Origin: Anolis carolinensis
Taxonomy: Eukaryota
Assembly (NCBI RefSeq): GCF_035594765.1
Contig: NC_085841.1
Coordinates: forward strand, 161,247,574 to 161,311,573
Length of the DNA stretch: 64,000 nt
Reading direction: 5' to 3'
A program made the translations under genes and the position numbers. Positions 51,186 to 64,000 of the stretch are shown here, piece by piece; position 1 is the stretch's first letter; the number at the start of each line of letters is the position of its first letter. Below the pieces are notes generated by a model, which was given only the letters and a program-made list of their open reading frames with translations, was not told where the DNA came from and did not search any database.

Positions 51186-51514
51186 GTAAAGCTTTCCCCT
51201 GATGTTAATTAAGTCCAGTCGCATCCAACTCTGGGGGTTGGTGCTCATCTCCATTTCTAAGCCAAAGAGCCGGCGTTGTCCGTAGACACCTCCAAGGTCA
51301 TGTGGCCGGCATGACTACATGGAGCACCGTTACCTTCCCGCCGGAGCGGTACCTATTGATCTACTCACATTTGCATGTTTTCGAACTGCTAGGTTGGCAG
51401 AATCTGGAGCTAATAGCAGGCATTCACTCCGCTCCCTGGATTCAAACCTGCAAACTTTCGGTTTGCAAGTTCAGCAGCTCAGCGTTTTAACACACTGTGC
51501 CACCGGGGGCTCCT
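51186..51514 (-). mobile_element. Full-length Sauria SINE
   Basis: Head GGAGCCCCCGGTGG on the minus strand; 13-bp TSD AATAATAGCATAG (51173-51185, 51515-51527). Confidence 0.9.
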
Positions 51515-52222
51515 AATAATAGCATAGACCACTAGAAAATTTCTGTTGAAACCAGCCTGGGAAAACTATTCAGCGTTCTATTGCTGAACTCTTGATCAGA
51601 CCTCCATAATAATTTTATATGCATACAGAGCATACGTATATATCTGAAAAATGAAATAAAATAATTTGCAGATAAGTCCAAGGCACATCTGAGGTGTCTT
51701 AATCTTTCCAGATTCTGAAATGTATTTCTATGTTCATCAACAATCTTAAGTATGTTAACTTGCATTGCGTAACATTCCTAGACACTGAAAGTGAGCATGT
51801 TGTGATGAGGGAAAAGTAAAATATTTCCTATTATACTGCAATTTTCTTTGTATATTTTTTAAAATTTGGAGTCTGATGGAACATTCCATCTTGTGAATGT
51901 CCTTGCAGTCACACCCAGTGGAGACCAGACATGTAAGGAAAACTTGGGCCTTATCACACTATGTAATTATTACACTATGATTCCACTATAAATGCTATAG
52001 TTCCATCCTCTGAAAACCTGGTATTTGCAGCCAGTGAGCCTCTGGTGTCTCATGAAACTGCAAATCCCAGCAGCCCACATGATGTTGTCATGGGAATTAT
52101 ACTGGAATCATGGCATTATCAATATGTAGTGTGAAAGGGCCATAAGCCTTGGTCGCAGAGCAAGCAGACTACTCCCCTATGCCACCTAGGTTGCTCAAAA
52201 CTGCTTGGCTAAAGCAATTTCA

Positions 52223-52372
52223 GGCTGGATCAATGATGCTCTAAAATCCAGTTTCATAATGTGGATTAATTGCCATGATCTGGATTATAGAACAGTGTAG
52301 ATTGATATAACCCAGTTCAATGTTGTTAATCCACATTATGAAACTGGATTTTAGGGCAGTTTAGATTCAGCC
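52223..52372. mobile_element. Palindromic Harbinger-type MITE
   Basis: Long inverted repeat CTAAAATCCAGTTTCATAATGTGGATTAA; TCA on both flanks. Confidence 0.65.
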
Positions 52373-53071
52373 TCAGTAACTGATTCATCTAGAATTGTGC
52401 AGTTAGGTCCTCTATTGCTGGTTTCTTATTGGGTGCTTGTTGGGTTTGCTGTATAGTTTTTAAAGACATAATTCTTTCTGAATAGTTTGTTACAGCTGAG
52501 CCCATTCCTGACACTGAAGTGTTCTCCCCCTTGGTCTTTATTCCAGGGTTCTGCTCAGCAAGCTTTTATCCTGTCCTTTTTTATTTTGAATTCAGAAAAC
52601 ATTTGCTTTTAATTACCCAGCATTCGCCCTTCTGTCAGACTCTTTTAAGTGTTGAAGTGCAAAGATAAGTAATAAAAGAATCTGCTCTGCTTTTCCCAGG
52701 GCTTGAGGAATGTAGAAAAGCATTTGGGTCTGTCTGATGAATGGCCTGCGTTTTCTTCTCCTTTCGCCTGAAGCATGATCAAGGGCAGCGGCTGGGGAGC
52801 CCACAGGAAAGCTAAATACTTATGCAGTGTATGATATAGAATAAAGTATTTGGAAGCCTTTCAGTCTAAGCTTGTCTTCTCAATCAGAGGAAAAAATAGG
52901 CCACATATTACAGGAATATAGAAATCCCCTTCTGGGATTTCTTTTATATCTTTCACACCAGTAATATTCTGACCCAATCCATTTTGTGCAGTAGTTAAAG
53001 AGTGTTGACTTAAAACATCTTTGCACATCTGCATCGCTTATTGTGTGACCTTGAGTAGCTACTGTCTCTTT

Positions 53072-53411
53072 GGCCCTTTCTACACTTCCATATACAATCC
53101 AGATTATCTGCTTTGAACTGGATTACCGTATGTACTTGAGTATAAGACGACCTGAATATAAACCGAGGCACCTAATTTTACCACAAAAAAACTGGGAAAA
53201 CTTATTGACTCAAGTATAAGCCGAGGGTGGGAAATGCAGCAGCTACTGGTACACTTCAAAAATAAAAATAGATACAAATAAAATTACATTAATTGAGGCA
53301 TCAGTAGGTTAAATGTTTTTGAATATTTACCATATTTCAAAGAAAAACAGGAAACTGGCTCTGTAAGTGGAAAAGGAGGGTCAATAAAAGCAATATGGTA
53401 TCAAGAATAAC

Positions 53412-53445
<34 letters not shown>

Positions 53446-54575
53446 CAACAACAACAACAACTTATTTGTACCCCACCTTATCTCTCCACGGGGACTCAGG
53501 GCAGCTTCCAACACAGTAACAGGCAAACATTCAATGCCTTATTTTAAAAAAATAAACAATATAAAATATTAAAACATTGTACAATAAGTTAAAATAAACA
53601 GTTGCATTAAATAATAATTATTAAAAGCAATTAAAAAACTAGCCGCAGTAAAGTGTCATATCAGTTTCCTTTTGTCTTCTCTCAGACTTCACCTATTGAC
53701 ACAGTCTAAAATGGCATTGGCCTTTTCAGCTGTAGCATCACACTGTTGGCTCATGTTTAGCTCGTGGTTGACTAAGAGTTCTTTCACAGAATCCTAGAGT
53801 TGGGAGGGACCTCTAAAAGCCATCTAATCCAACCCCCTTCATTCTGCCTTCATGCAGGGAAAGCACAATCAAAACAACCCTGACAGATGGCCACCCAGCC
53901 TTTATAATATTAATATTAATAGAGTTGGAAGGGACCTCTAAAGACCAACTAATCCACCCCCCTTCTGTCATGATACAGCAAAAGCACAATCAGAGCTCCC
54001 CCAACAGATGGCCACCCAGCCTCAACAATAAACTCACAGCAACCCAATAAGTGTCCTCTTCTTGCTGGGGTGAAGCCAAGGAGTAGCCGCTGTCGCCCTG
54101 GCAACCCTGGATTGCTGCTCTCACAGTGCGAGAAGGCACGAGGTGCGAGCCTTGCCCAGGGAAAGAAGAAGAAGAAGCTGATGCCGCTGACGCTCACACC
54201 TTCCCACCTTCCTCTTCTCGCCACGGCAGTGCTTGTCCTCTTCCTCCTCCTCCTCCGTGGCCAGTATGCCTAGGAGAATGAGGAGACGTTGTCACTGCCA
54301 CCGCTCTTCCTCCTCTTCCTCCATGACCAGCCATCTGAGGAGGAGGAGAAGCGGCCAGCTGACTTCGGAGCCTTGCCTGCAGGCTCCACTGCTGGCTTGA
54401 CCCTAGTATAAGCCGAGGGAGGCTTTTTCAGCCTAAATAAAGGGCTGAAAAACTCGGCTTATATTCGAGTATATACGGTATATGGTAGTGTAGACTCTTA
54501 TAATCCATTTGAAAGCAGATAATGTGGATTATCTGCTTTAATATTCTGGACTATATGGCAGTGTAGAAGCGGCCC
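53072..54575. mobile_element. Harbinger-type MITE split by a pogo-like element
   Basis: Halves 53072-53125 and 54479-54575 rejoin at the duplicated TA into GAACTGGATTATATGG. Confidence 0.7.
53126..54478. mobile_element. Composite non-autonomous Tc1/mariner-pogo-type element
   Basis: TIRs CCGTATGTACTTGAGTATAAG / CTTATATTCGAGTATATACGG; TA TSD; contains (AAT)n(AAC)n, a LINE-type 3' end and CR1 3'-end fragments (about 53700-54020). Confidence 0.8.
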
Positions 54576-54980
54576 TAGCCTAACCTACCTCATGGAATAG
54601 TTGTGGGAGTGGCAGCTACAAACACCTTGAGTTCTTGTTCCTTTAACGAAATGTAGGATCTAAATGTTTGCAATTTAATGTTGCTTTAATGTTTGGTTTA
54701 TGTGAAACTTTGTTATATGTAGATGTTTACTTAATATAATTTTTTTTAATGACGCAAGAGACTAGTCAACGATTACCAGAGAGCTGTGAGATCTAAGGGC
54801 AATTTCTTCAACCTACTCTTTGATGGGATTGTCTGCCTGGAAACTGTGCCAGACCATTTAGGAATCCTTCTGACACAAATCATTTTCAAAGCCTATTCTG
54901 ATCTCCTAACACTACATAAGTTAGGGATCCCAGAAAATCCAAAACTTATGAGGTGATTGGTCTCCCATGGTAAAGGAGTA

Positions 54981-55303
54981 CAGTAGAGTCTCACTTATCC
55001 AACACTCGCTTATCCAACATTCTGGATTATTCAACGCATTTTTGTAGTCAATGTTTTCAATACATCGTGATATTTTGGTGTTAAATTCATAAATACAGTA
55101 ATTACTACATAGCATTACTGTGTATTGAACTACTTTTTCTGTCAAATTTGTTGTATAACATGATGTTTTGGTGCTTAATTTGTAAAATCATAACCTAATT
55201 TGATGTTTAATAGGCTTTTCTTTATTCTCTCCTTATTATCCAACATATTCGCTTATCCAACGTTCTGCCGGCCCGTTTGCGTTGGATAAGTGAGACTCTA
55301 CTG
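54981..55303. mobile_element. Tc1/mariner MITE, copy 5
   Basis: Same TIRs; TA TSD. Confidence 0.88.
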
Positions 55304-57065
55304 TATCTTTTAATACTCCTACGAAAACAGAGTTGTTTCCCTGGCCAACAAATGAGTCTGGGCGTGTGTGCAGCAGATGTGTCTCATCCTCCATCCCCTT
55401 GCACTGTAATCACGTAAGAGTAATTGCCATCTTTTGACTGCATTTGTTTTTATTTCATTTCTACCACTGTTAAGTCATCTTAGGTGCTTTTTCTTGGCAG
55501 AAAACCAGGATGTAATAAATGGGGAAAGGAAATGAATTGGGTGTGGGTGGCACTGCACTAGCAAATGGAATGGTTATTGTTTGGCAAGCTTTGGGTACAC
55601 TAATGGTTTTGAGTTGAGTGGTGAATGCTTCTGTTTTGGAGACAAAATATGGAAAGGGGAACAGGGTTCAATACAGTGAGACCCGGATAAATGGATGTAC
55701 CCTGCTTGTTAACAAAAGATATATCTGATGTGTACCTGTTGGCTTTTTCCTGTAAAACTTTATTGACTAGTTAGATTTAGAACTATTTCATGTTCCTATG
55801 TGGCACTCAAGAGTAAGCAGGTTACTTTGATTTTTTCAGGTTTAGTGCTATTGTACCCAGGTTCTTCTGCTATGAAATGTGGCAGTTTGCAAAAAATAGG
55901 AAAGATACTTCAGCTATTTTATTCAGTAGAACCAAGTCTTCATAGGCTTTTGTAGTTCTTTGGGGAATTGTTCTCTTCCCCCAGCATCCATTTTTCTTTT
56001 TTAATATGTTTATTTATTTTGGAGCTCTGCTGTAAATCCATATGTCTCACCTCTGTCCTTTTGTCAGAACAGTGCAGTCCATCAGAGCAGCAAATGAGCA
56101 AATAGCATTTATGAAATTGTTTTTTCTGCTGCTGCTTAAAATACTTCTTGAATTGTTTCTCACTTTTGAAAGGATATATGAAGTTGACTTTTATAAAGCC
56201 ATTTTTTCCAGTGGAAGTTACATTGTAACAGCAAAGAATCGGAGTCTACTCAGCAATATATTGTGCTGCACAGCACAATATATTCCAAATAAAATACAAT
56301 AATTTAAAATAGCAATTTAAAACTTTTCATATCCATCCCAACATTGATTTACAACTAATTAAGACAGAACTTAAAAAGCAGCAGTAAACAATTAAAACAA
56401 AACTTTACAGCAGTAGCAGCAAGCCATTGAATACTTGCTTACAAACAGATTAAAGCAGATGAGGGTTCAAAACCCATTTAAGAGCCATCATTTATTAAGC
56501 CAGTGTTTCTCTGCTTGTGGCCTTCAACTCCCAGGAATCCTAACAGCTGGTAAATTGGCTGGGATTTCTGGGAGTTGTAGGCCAAAATACCTGGGGAACC
56601 ACAGGTAGAGAATCACTGCATTAAGCCAACTGCATAGTTCTGGGGAGTTCAATAAATATGTGACCACTACCAAGAAGACTGTCCTAGTTTCCATTGCTAT
56701 GCTAATTAAAGTCACAAATATCTATGGCAGCAATATAAAGTAAAATGTTTGGTGGTCAGGTAGAGCTGGGGAAAATAAACTTTCTTAGAACCAATCAGCC
56801 GTCATGGTCATTACACACACACATGCACACACTGTTGACCATGCAAACTGGGAGTTATCAACAGGTTATGTTGTCAACCTCTGCAACTAAGTTGCCAGAT
56901 AAAGGAAAACAAGGTATTATATATATGAACAAAAAGGTCTTCCTTCCCTATCCATTGTGAGCTTTTTGACACATAGACTTTAGTGTCAATGTTCATTGCT
57001 TCTTCCCTAAAGTAACTCTTCTTTTGTTTACCTCCCAGACTCCCTGTGAAATTGAAGAACCTGTC

Positions 57066-57092
57066 ATGACATCACACAAATTGGCTATTAAG
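57066..57092 (+). CDS. SLX4IP: SLX4-interacting protein, first coding exon (exon 57039-57092; 9 codons)
   Basis: tttacctcccag|ACTCCC...ATG ACA TCA CAC AAA TTG GCT ATT AAG|gtaagc gives MTSHKLAIK, comparable to mammalian MASKKFAVK (recalled). SLX4IP is the known head-to-head neighbour of MKKS. I found no later exon in the window. Confidence 0.8.
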
Positions 57093-57397
57093 GTAAGCTG
57101 CTCTTCAGAACATGAATAGCAACTGATTATTGGCTTAGCAAACTTTTTCTTCACTGAAGTACACAGCCTTAAGATCCTAACTCATTCCAGTTCAGTACTA
57201 GATTAGCATGGCAGACAGTGGCATCAGTCCAGCTACTATTCTTGTGCACAACACGAACAAATTTTGTGGCTTGCTTAAGCTTTGTAGCTTTCTTGTGGTG
57301 TACCTTGAGGCAAAGGTTTGTAAAGCACTGATACTTGCTATAAAATCAAACCATATCTATGTGATTGATGAGAGAGGAAAGGCAGCATATTGACTGC

Positions 57398-57545
57398 CCT
57401 TGGATGGGAGACTACCAATGAATCCCAGGTGCTATAGGCTGTATTTCAGAGGAAGGAACAGACTAAATCACCACTTAGTATTCCTTGCTATGAAATTCAT
57501 GGGTTTGAAATACATCAGCAGGCAACTTGAAGGCACACACACATA
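57398..57545 (+). mobile_element. Degenerate 5S rRNA-derived SINE fragment
   Basis: CTTGGATGGGAGACTACCAATGAATCCCAGGTGCTATAGGCT resembles the 3' half of 5S rRNA; followed by a non-5S body and CA tail. Confidence 0.6.
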
Positions 57546-59269
57546 AACACACACTTGCATAATCTGTGGAGCCTTTAATGAGCTGGAAATAATTTCTACA
57601 TGTAGTAGAGCACCTTTTGATCCAGCCCAGTTTCATTTCATCAAGTCATATAATCATTTCAATTAGTATTTTATATTTTTAAAAAGCTTTGAATTATTAA
57701 TCATAACTTCAGTTTGAATTAAAAGCCTTTTTATCTTATTACAGTTCCGCATATCAACTGTGTACACATAATATCAGATCACGCATATCATTGCCTTGGG
57801 AGTGGTTGTGATCTTGGGTGGTCAGTCTCTATTGTTTTACTAATGGTTGAATGGAGTCTTCCATTTTTGTTTTTCCTACAGCTATTATAGAGATAGAAAA
57901 TATTATTATGTTAACCCATTTGTTAGACTTTCAGAGTTGAAACTTAAGATTCATAACTATGCTTTCCATACACGTTTCTTATCTGTGCTATCCCAGAAAG
58001 CGGGCTAGTGCTATGCATACTAACATTTTCTGTGGCTGCGGAGATTTATACAATGCCAGATAATGGGTGTTGCTGAACAGGTAGACTAGGGCACAGTAGG
58101 AAAACTCGAATGAATTAAAACAGCTGTCCTTAGTTTAATGAGGAGGATAGGGCATGTGTAGAGGGAATTATATTCACTCTGTCTGTCTGTCTGTCTGTCT
58201 GTCTACCTGTATTGCTTTCCCCTCTCCACTGGTTGTCTTCTCTTTCTCCTTGCCCTGACATCTGGAGTTTTATATCTAATATGAAAGGTTTAGGATTTTG
58301 AATTTCAGATCTAGCTGCTTTGAAACTGTTCAGTTAAGTGATTTTAGTGTGCCTTCTTTTGTTAGAGGTGTCCACCTTAAATGTTATTAAGCCACAGGGA
58401 GGGGTGTTATTTTTTACTAGTTTTTTTTTTGAAAGAAGTCAAATAAAATTAGCAGTTTTTTCTTCTTTCAAGAAAACTGAGCACTTTGGGACTCATTCTG
58501 CAGATAATTCACATATTGGTGTTTTACTCAGAAAAATCTTTTTATATTTTACACATATATGTGTATATGTGTATACATAACATTTTCTACACAGTAAATA
58601 ATATTTGCACAGAAATATTATTTTCTGTTTAGAAAATACTGATTCATGTATAGAACACAGTTAAATTATAGAATTTGTGGCTATAGAGCAGAAATTCTGA
58701 ACTGTGAAAGTTCTTGTTATATTTTTTTAAATGCCATTGCAGCATGTTTTCAAATGCCATTTCAGCATTGGGAAAATGTAGACCTTGAGCTGCATGTGGC
58801 TCCCTCTGGGTTGTCCCAATCACATAAAAAGAAGTGCCTCTTTTAGAAACCTATAGGAGCAGTAATTCAGCTTTTAAATCAGTTGCATGAACCTCTCCAC
58901 TGTTAACAACAACAACAACAACAACATATTCCCCCATATTACCAAAGTTGGGGGTTTGTTTTGCATTTTTGGCAATCTTTGTGGATTGTGTGTGTATGTA
59001 TAGAGAGAAAGAGGCTGGAGTTACACTTAAAAAAACTAAAGAGCAAACCTACAGAACCTATCTTGTTTGTAACTTGGGGACTTCCTGTACATGGTTGTTC
59101 ATTGCTGGTTTGTTTGGGTCTTTGCAATTCCAAAGAGTAATGGTGATCGTTGGGAGAGAAGTAAAGTAATGTGATAAGAGAACTGCAGAGGTAGGCAGCT
59201 GCACCCCTCCAGGTGTTTAGGGCTACATTTCCTTATCAGTGGACATACTGACTAGAGCTTATGAGAGTT

Positions 59270-59374
59270 CATAGAGTTGGAAGAGACCTCATGGACTATC
59301 CAGTCCAACCCCCTGCCAAGAAGCCGGAAAATTGCATTTAAAGCACTCCTGAAAGATGGCCATCCACCCTCTGT
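59270..59374 (-). mobile_element. CR1 LINE extreme 3' fragment
   Basis: Matches the 3' end of the CR1 copies at 25470 and 38952. Confidence 0.8.
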
Positions 59375-61391
59375 ATTTGAAAAGGACAGATGTTTCTGAG
59401 TATGTGTTATTTTAACATGCACATGAGCCCACTAATGTCTTGATCTTTCATAGGATAGAAGTGGTGAGCTTTTGCCAGTGCTGTAAAGGGAAGGAATAGC
59501 AGATGGTGATCTTCTCTCGACATTCAGCATTGTTCATGGGCTACTGTATTTGATTTTCATGAAGAATGCATTGGGAAGAGGCTCCCACTGCCCTTCTCCC
59601 CAGCAAAGCACAGTGAAGTTTACTATTGACTTCCAAACTCATTGTGGTCTGGAGACCGCTGACTTGTAAACAATAAACTCAACTTATGCGAAAAAAGGAA
59701 CAACATAAGAACTGTTAGCCTGACAATGACTGTTCTGCTTTTTTTCAGAGATGTGCAACTGCCAAAGTACATGCAGTATATATATGGATCAAGTTTCCAT
59801 ATTGTATTGGGAAACTAGAAAGAGTAGTTGTGACTGTTGATCAGCAATCTTGTGTGGGCTCCGGGTGCCATATGGAAATTGAGTCATGTGTTGTCTGCTT
59901 CTCCATTTATTTTGGCAGTCCATTTTGACAGTGACATCAGGAGAGTTACAAAACAAAATAGCAGCTTCTAGACTTCTGCTAGCTACCACGTAAATAAGTA
60001 TATTCTCAGTAGGGCGTCTTCAGAACAAGAGAGTCTTGTTTTAAAAATTATATTTTCACTGTTCATTTAATGAAAACAAATCCTGAGGGTGGTATATTTT
60101 ATTTGTCTTTTTTGGAAGAAGACGAATTGGAGCTGATTCCATTGTTACATTAATGTATTTATACTTTCTGTATCATCTGTTGACCCAAGTGCTCTGTGAT
60201 ATCTTTTTATTATGTTTGTTTGATTGATATGGGCTTCATTTTCTGTGATTATAATGCTACATTTATTTATGTGAGAGCCAATCCCCTTGAGTATAGTGGG
60301 GATTAAGGGTTCATAATATATCACTGTTCCATTAATTTTTAGTGAAACCACAAATCCAACTAGCCAGGCTTTATTCTGTTGGCTAGTTGAGAAAGGGAAT
60401 GTTTATGTGTATACACATGTATAACTCTTTGTCCCTACCCCCCTCCAAGAAATGTTTCTTTTACTTTCCTTTTGAAGTGATTATATTTCACTTACAAAAA
60501 CTGTTTACCAAGAATATCTCCCTTTGAATACTTTATAGTTGCCAAAACAGTGGAGGGAGCGTGGGTGTATAAGGCTGTTTGTTGCAATAGATTTCAGATT
60601 ATAAATCAGTGCCGCTTTTTATGGTAATGTGCTTTTGGCATCATATTCAAGTCCAAATTTTCGTTTTTTATGCACATTGGAGTTTCTGCTCTGTAATATA
60701 TTGTCTGAAATGTTTTCACTAAGAACTGTTTGTGAGACTGGAAAATTCATCGGCTCATCTGTTTATGTCTCAGTGGTTTCAAATGTAATTTAGGAAGAGA
60801 AGAACACCTACAGTCTTAATAGCTTTGCTTCATAGAAGCACATGGATCTTATTAGTTGTCTCTCAGAGGATTGCAAAATATTTTTTGTTGCCATAATGTA
60901 GTATTTTCAGTAGAGGGAGTAGTTGATCTATATTTGAGCTTTAATCTGCAATTGTTTGGTTGGAAATTAATACTGCTTTCAATGAGGATTGTTTTACTAA
61001 TCTTATGATGTGTTAGGGAGGGCTGTTTCATTTTAAATGTGTGTGTGTTTCAGTTGCTTCTTGGACAGAGTGCTACAATGTGTTGCAATATGTACAGTAA
61101 AATGTGATGCAAACAGAAGTATGTTGCAAAGCAGCTCTCTTAGCTGGATGTAAGCCCAGTTGATCTGAAAAAGAAGCCTAACTCGCTGAAAGTTCAGTGG
61201 TAGTGGCATTGGTAGCACTGCTGTTTCATTTCTGAATATTGCTCATGTCAGGTCCTTTTAATGTAGAGCATGCTGCTAAAATATTATAGCATGTCAATGT
61301 GGATTTGTAGTAAGTTGATACTGGATATGCTTAAAGTAGCAGATATAGTATAAATAGTCTGTGTCATCCCACATCTACCATTTCTGCTATA

Positions 61392-61715
61392 CAGTGTTCC
61401 CTCACTTATCACTTGGGTTAGGTTCCAGGATCACCCACAATAAGTGAAAATCCGTGAAGTAGGGACGCTATATTTATTTTAATATTTAAACATTATTTTA
61501 GTAGTTATACACTATTTTAAGTTTTTATCAACCAATCGTGTGTTGATAAATCGCCTCCTTCTCCTCCCGTTGCTGCTTGGGCTCCTTTTCTCTCCCTTCG
61601 GCTTCTCCTTCCTCCCTTCCTTAGGCTGTAAATTGTAATTTTTTATGATTTATAATAGTCTTTTAGTCTTATTGAAAAACCACGAAACAGCGACTCCGCA
61701 AAAAGTGAAGTAGTG
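61392..61715. mobile_element. pogo-type MITE, second copy, right TIR lost
   Basis: Near-identical to 726-1068. Confidence 0.8.
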
Positions 61716-61973
61716 TAATACAAGAATTGAGTTTTTTTTAAAAAAGAAGTAGTGCAGATGGTAGCTGCTGTCCCATATACCTGAACCAATTGTGGTGAGT
61801 AATGTAAAATAGTCTTCAACTCCAATTTAGGAACATAATTAATTTAACAATGACAACTAGATTTTATTTTAAAAATCATAAACTGGCATGCCACTAAAAC
61901 TGTCAGCTTCTAGTTTTTGCTCTGCCATCTGCATCTTTTTAGGATGATGCTGTGATTTATATTTTATGAGGTT

Positions 61974-63215
61974 CAATGTGTTGTCGAAGGCTTTCATGGC
62001 CGGGATCACAGGGTTGTTGTATGTTTTCCGGGCTGTATGGCCATGTTCTAGAAGTATTCTCTCCTGACATTTCACCCACATCTATGGCAGGCATCCTCAG
62101 AGGTTGTGAGGTATGGAGAAACTAAGCAAGGAATTTTTATATATATCTGTGAGAAGTCCAGGGTGAGGGAAGAACTCTTGTCAGTTGGAGGCCAGCTTAA
62201 ATGTTGCAGATAATCACCCTAATTTGCATTGAATGGCTACATCTACTAGCTACTTTCTGCCTGGGGGCATTCTTTGTTAACTGCCCCTAGTTCCCATGTC
62301 TCAGAGTATTGCTTCTTATTTACTGTTCTGATTTTTGAGTTTTTTAATACTGGTAGCCAGATTTTGTTCATTTTCATGGTTTCCTCCTTTCTGTTGAAGT
62401 TGTCCACATGTTTGTGAATTTCAATGGCTTCTCTGTGTAGTCTGACATGATAGTTGTTGGAGTGGTCAAGCATTTCTGTGTTCTCAAATAATATACTGTG
62501 TCCAGGTTGGTTCATCAGGTGCTCTGCTATGGCTGATTTCTCTGGTTGAGTTAGTCTGCAGTGCCTTTCATGTTCTTTGACTCGTGTTTGGGCGCTGCGT
62601 TTGGTGGTCTCTATGTAGACTTGTCCACAGCTGCATGGTATACGGTAGACTCCTGGTGAGGTGAGAGGATCCCTCTTGTCCTTCGCTGACCGTAGCATTT
62701 GTTGGATTTTCTTTGTGGGTCTGTAGATAGTTTGTAGGTTGTGCTTCTTCATCAGTTTGCCTATGCGGTCAGTGGTTCCCTTGATGTATGGTAAGAACAC
62801 CTTCCCTCTGGGTGGATCTTTGTCTTGACTCTCATGGCTTGTTCTTGGCCTTACAGCTCTTCTGATGCCTGTGGTGGAGTATCCATTGGCCTGTAGAGCC
62901 CAGTTTAGGTGGTTTAGTTCACCTTGGAGGAGGTGAGGTTCACTAATGACAGACCGTGCACAAAGAATCTGTGAACCTAGTAGATGTAGCCATTCAATGC
63001 AAATTAGGGTGATTATCTGCAACATTTATGCTGGACCCCAACTGACAAGAGTTCTTCCCTCACCCTGAACTTCCCACAGATATATATAAACATTCCTTGC
63101 TTAGTTTCTCCATATCTCACAACTTCTGAGGATGCCTGCCATAGATGTGGGCGAAACGTCAGGAGAGAATACTTCTAGAACATGGCCATACAGCCCGGAA
63201 AACATACAGCAATCT
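61974..63215 (-). mobile_element. 5'-truncated Penelope-like element with GIY-YIG endonuclease region and inverted pLTR
   Basis: LPYIKGTTDRIG...GVYRIPCSCGQVYIETTKR...RVKEH...SAIAEH...REAIEI (RT thumb/linker plus GIY-YIG); inverted pLTR at about 62978-63213; 12-bp flanking repeat TTTTATGAGGTT (61962-61973, 63216-63227). Confidence 0.93.
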
Positions 63216-63227
63216 TTTTATGAGGTT

Positions 63228-64000
63228 GTTATTATTATTTGATACACAACAAGATTAATACACAGCAAACAAGATCACTATGCTGGCTGTTGTATTAGAT
63301 CACATGTCGGACACTTCCCAAGTGTCTAGGACTATGTGATGTATCAGCAAATAATGTGTGCAGATCTGAATAGGGTGGCCTTTTGCAGCTGACAGATGGT
63401 AATTTTGTCAGCGTCGATTGTTTTTAAGTGCTGGCTAAGGTCTTTAGGTACTACACTCAGTGTGCCGATCACCACTGAGACCACCTTGACAGCTTTTCCA
63501 GTTGCTTCGCGTCAATTCTGCTGTCGCCTGGGATTGCAACATTGACAATCCATACTTTGTTTTTTTTCCCACAATCATGAGATCAGGAGTATTATGTTCC
63601 AAAACTCTGTCAGTCTGAATTCGAAAGTCCCAGAGTAGTTTGATGTGTTCATTTTCTGTAACTTTTTCAGGCTTGTGATCCCACCAGTTCTTTGTGGCAC
63701 AAGTTGCTATGGATCATCTAAGCAATGGTGTTATGCCTCTGCTTGAAGTCCCTCTTCACAATCCTCTTGCAGCAGCTGAGTATGTGATCCATCATTTCAT
63801 CTGCTTCCTTACAGGGTCTACACTTGGAATCTGTAGTCAACTTTGCAATTCTGGCTTTGATTGCATTGTTGTAATTTCTTGTTCTTGGGCTGCAAGAATC
63901 AGGCCCTTGGTCTCCTTTTTCAAAGTTCCATTTGTGAGCCACATCCATATTTTTTCCTTGTCAATTTTGCTCTCAATTTTTTCCAGGAAGTATCCAGGGA
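63228..64000 (-). mobile_element. R4/Rex6-clade non-LTR retrotransposon 3' part (CCHC knuckle and restriction-like endonuclease), decayed
   Basis: CRPCKEADEMMDHILSCC...RHN, then KLLWDFRIQTDRVLEHNTPDLMIV; (TAA)-type tail; stops and deletions; runs off the window. Confidence 0.85.

Noticed and set aside
57398-57440. 5S rRNA gene
   Set aside because: Only a diverged 3' half, with no terminator and a SINE-like body following.
62941-63025. N-terminus of the 259-aa ORF as a real start of a Penelope protein
   Set aside because: It reads through the inverted pLTR and flipped fragment; the element is 5'-truncated and lacks the RT core.

Overview
Vertebrate (squamate) genomic DNA. The repeat content (Sauria SINEs, Penelope, R4/Rex6-type LINE, many MITEs) suggests an Anolis-like lizard; this is inference. 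The core is a head-to-head gene pair around a small CpG-rich promoter at about 41.4-41.8 kb. MKKS/BBS6 lies on the minus strand with four coding exons (33166-32176, 29095-28920, 26645-26535, 23950-23516; 1713 nt, 570 aa). The first coding exon of SLX4IP lies on the plus strand (57039-57092). The most notable feature is the MKKS 5' leader, which carries two intact microprotein ORFs: 63 aa at 38506-38315, and 50 aa at 33521-33369 (absent from the ORF track). They resemble each other (KN-aromatic...VxG...VxVHLGxY, one hydrophobic helix), each starts 18-19 nt after a splice acceptor, and each has a poly(A) hexamer near its 3' end. This is a tricistronic-type mRNA, possibly built by exon duplication. 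As I recall, the human counterparts are described as uMKKS1/uMKKS2. The remaining sequence is intronic or intergenic and TE-dense. It includes a three-level nested insertion whose solo LTR carries an RRSARL-motif ORF, a composite Helitron, a composite pogo-like element, a Penelope with inverted pLTR and a decayed hAT transposase. There is one 201-nt assembly gap.
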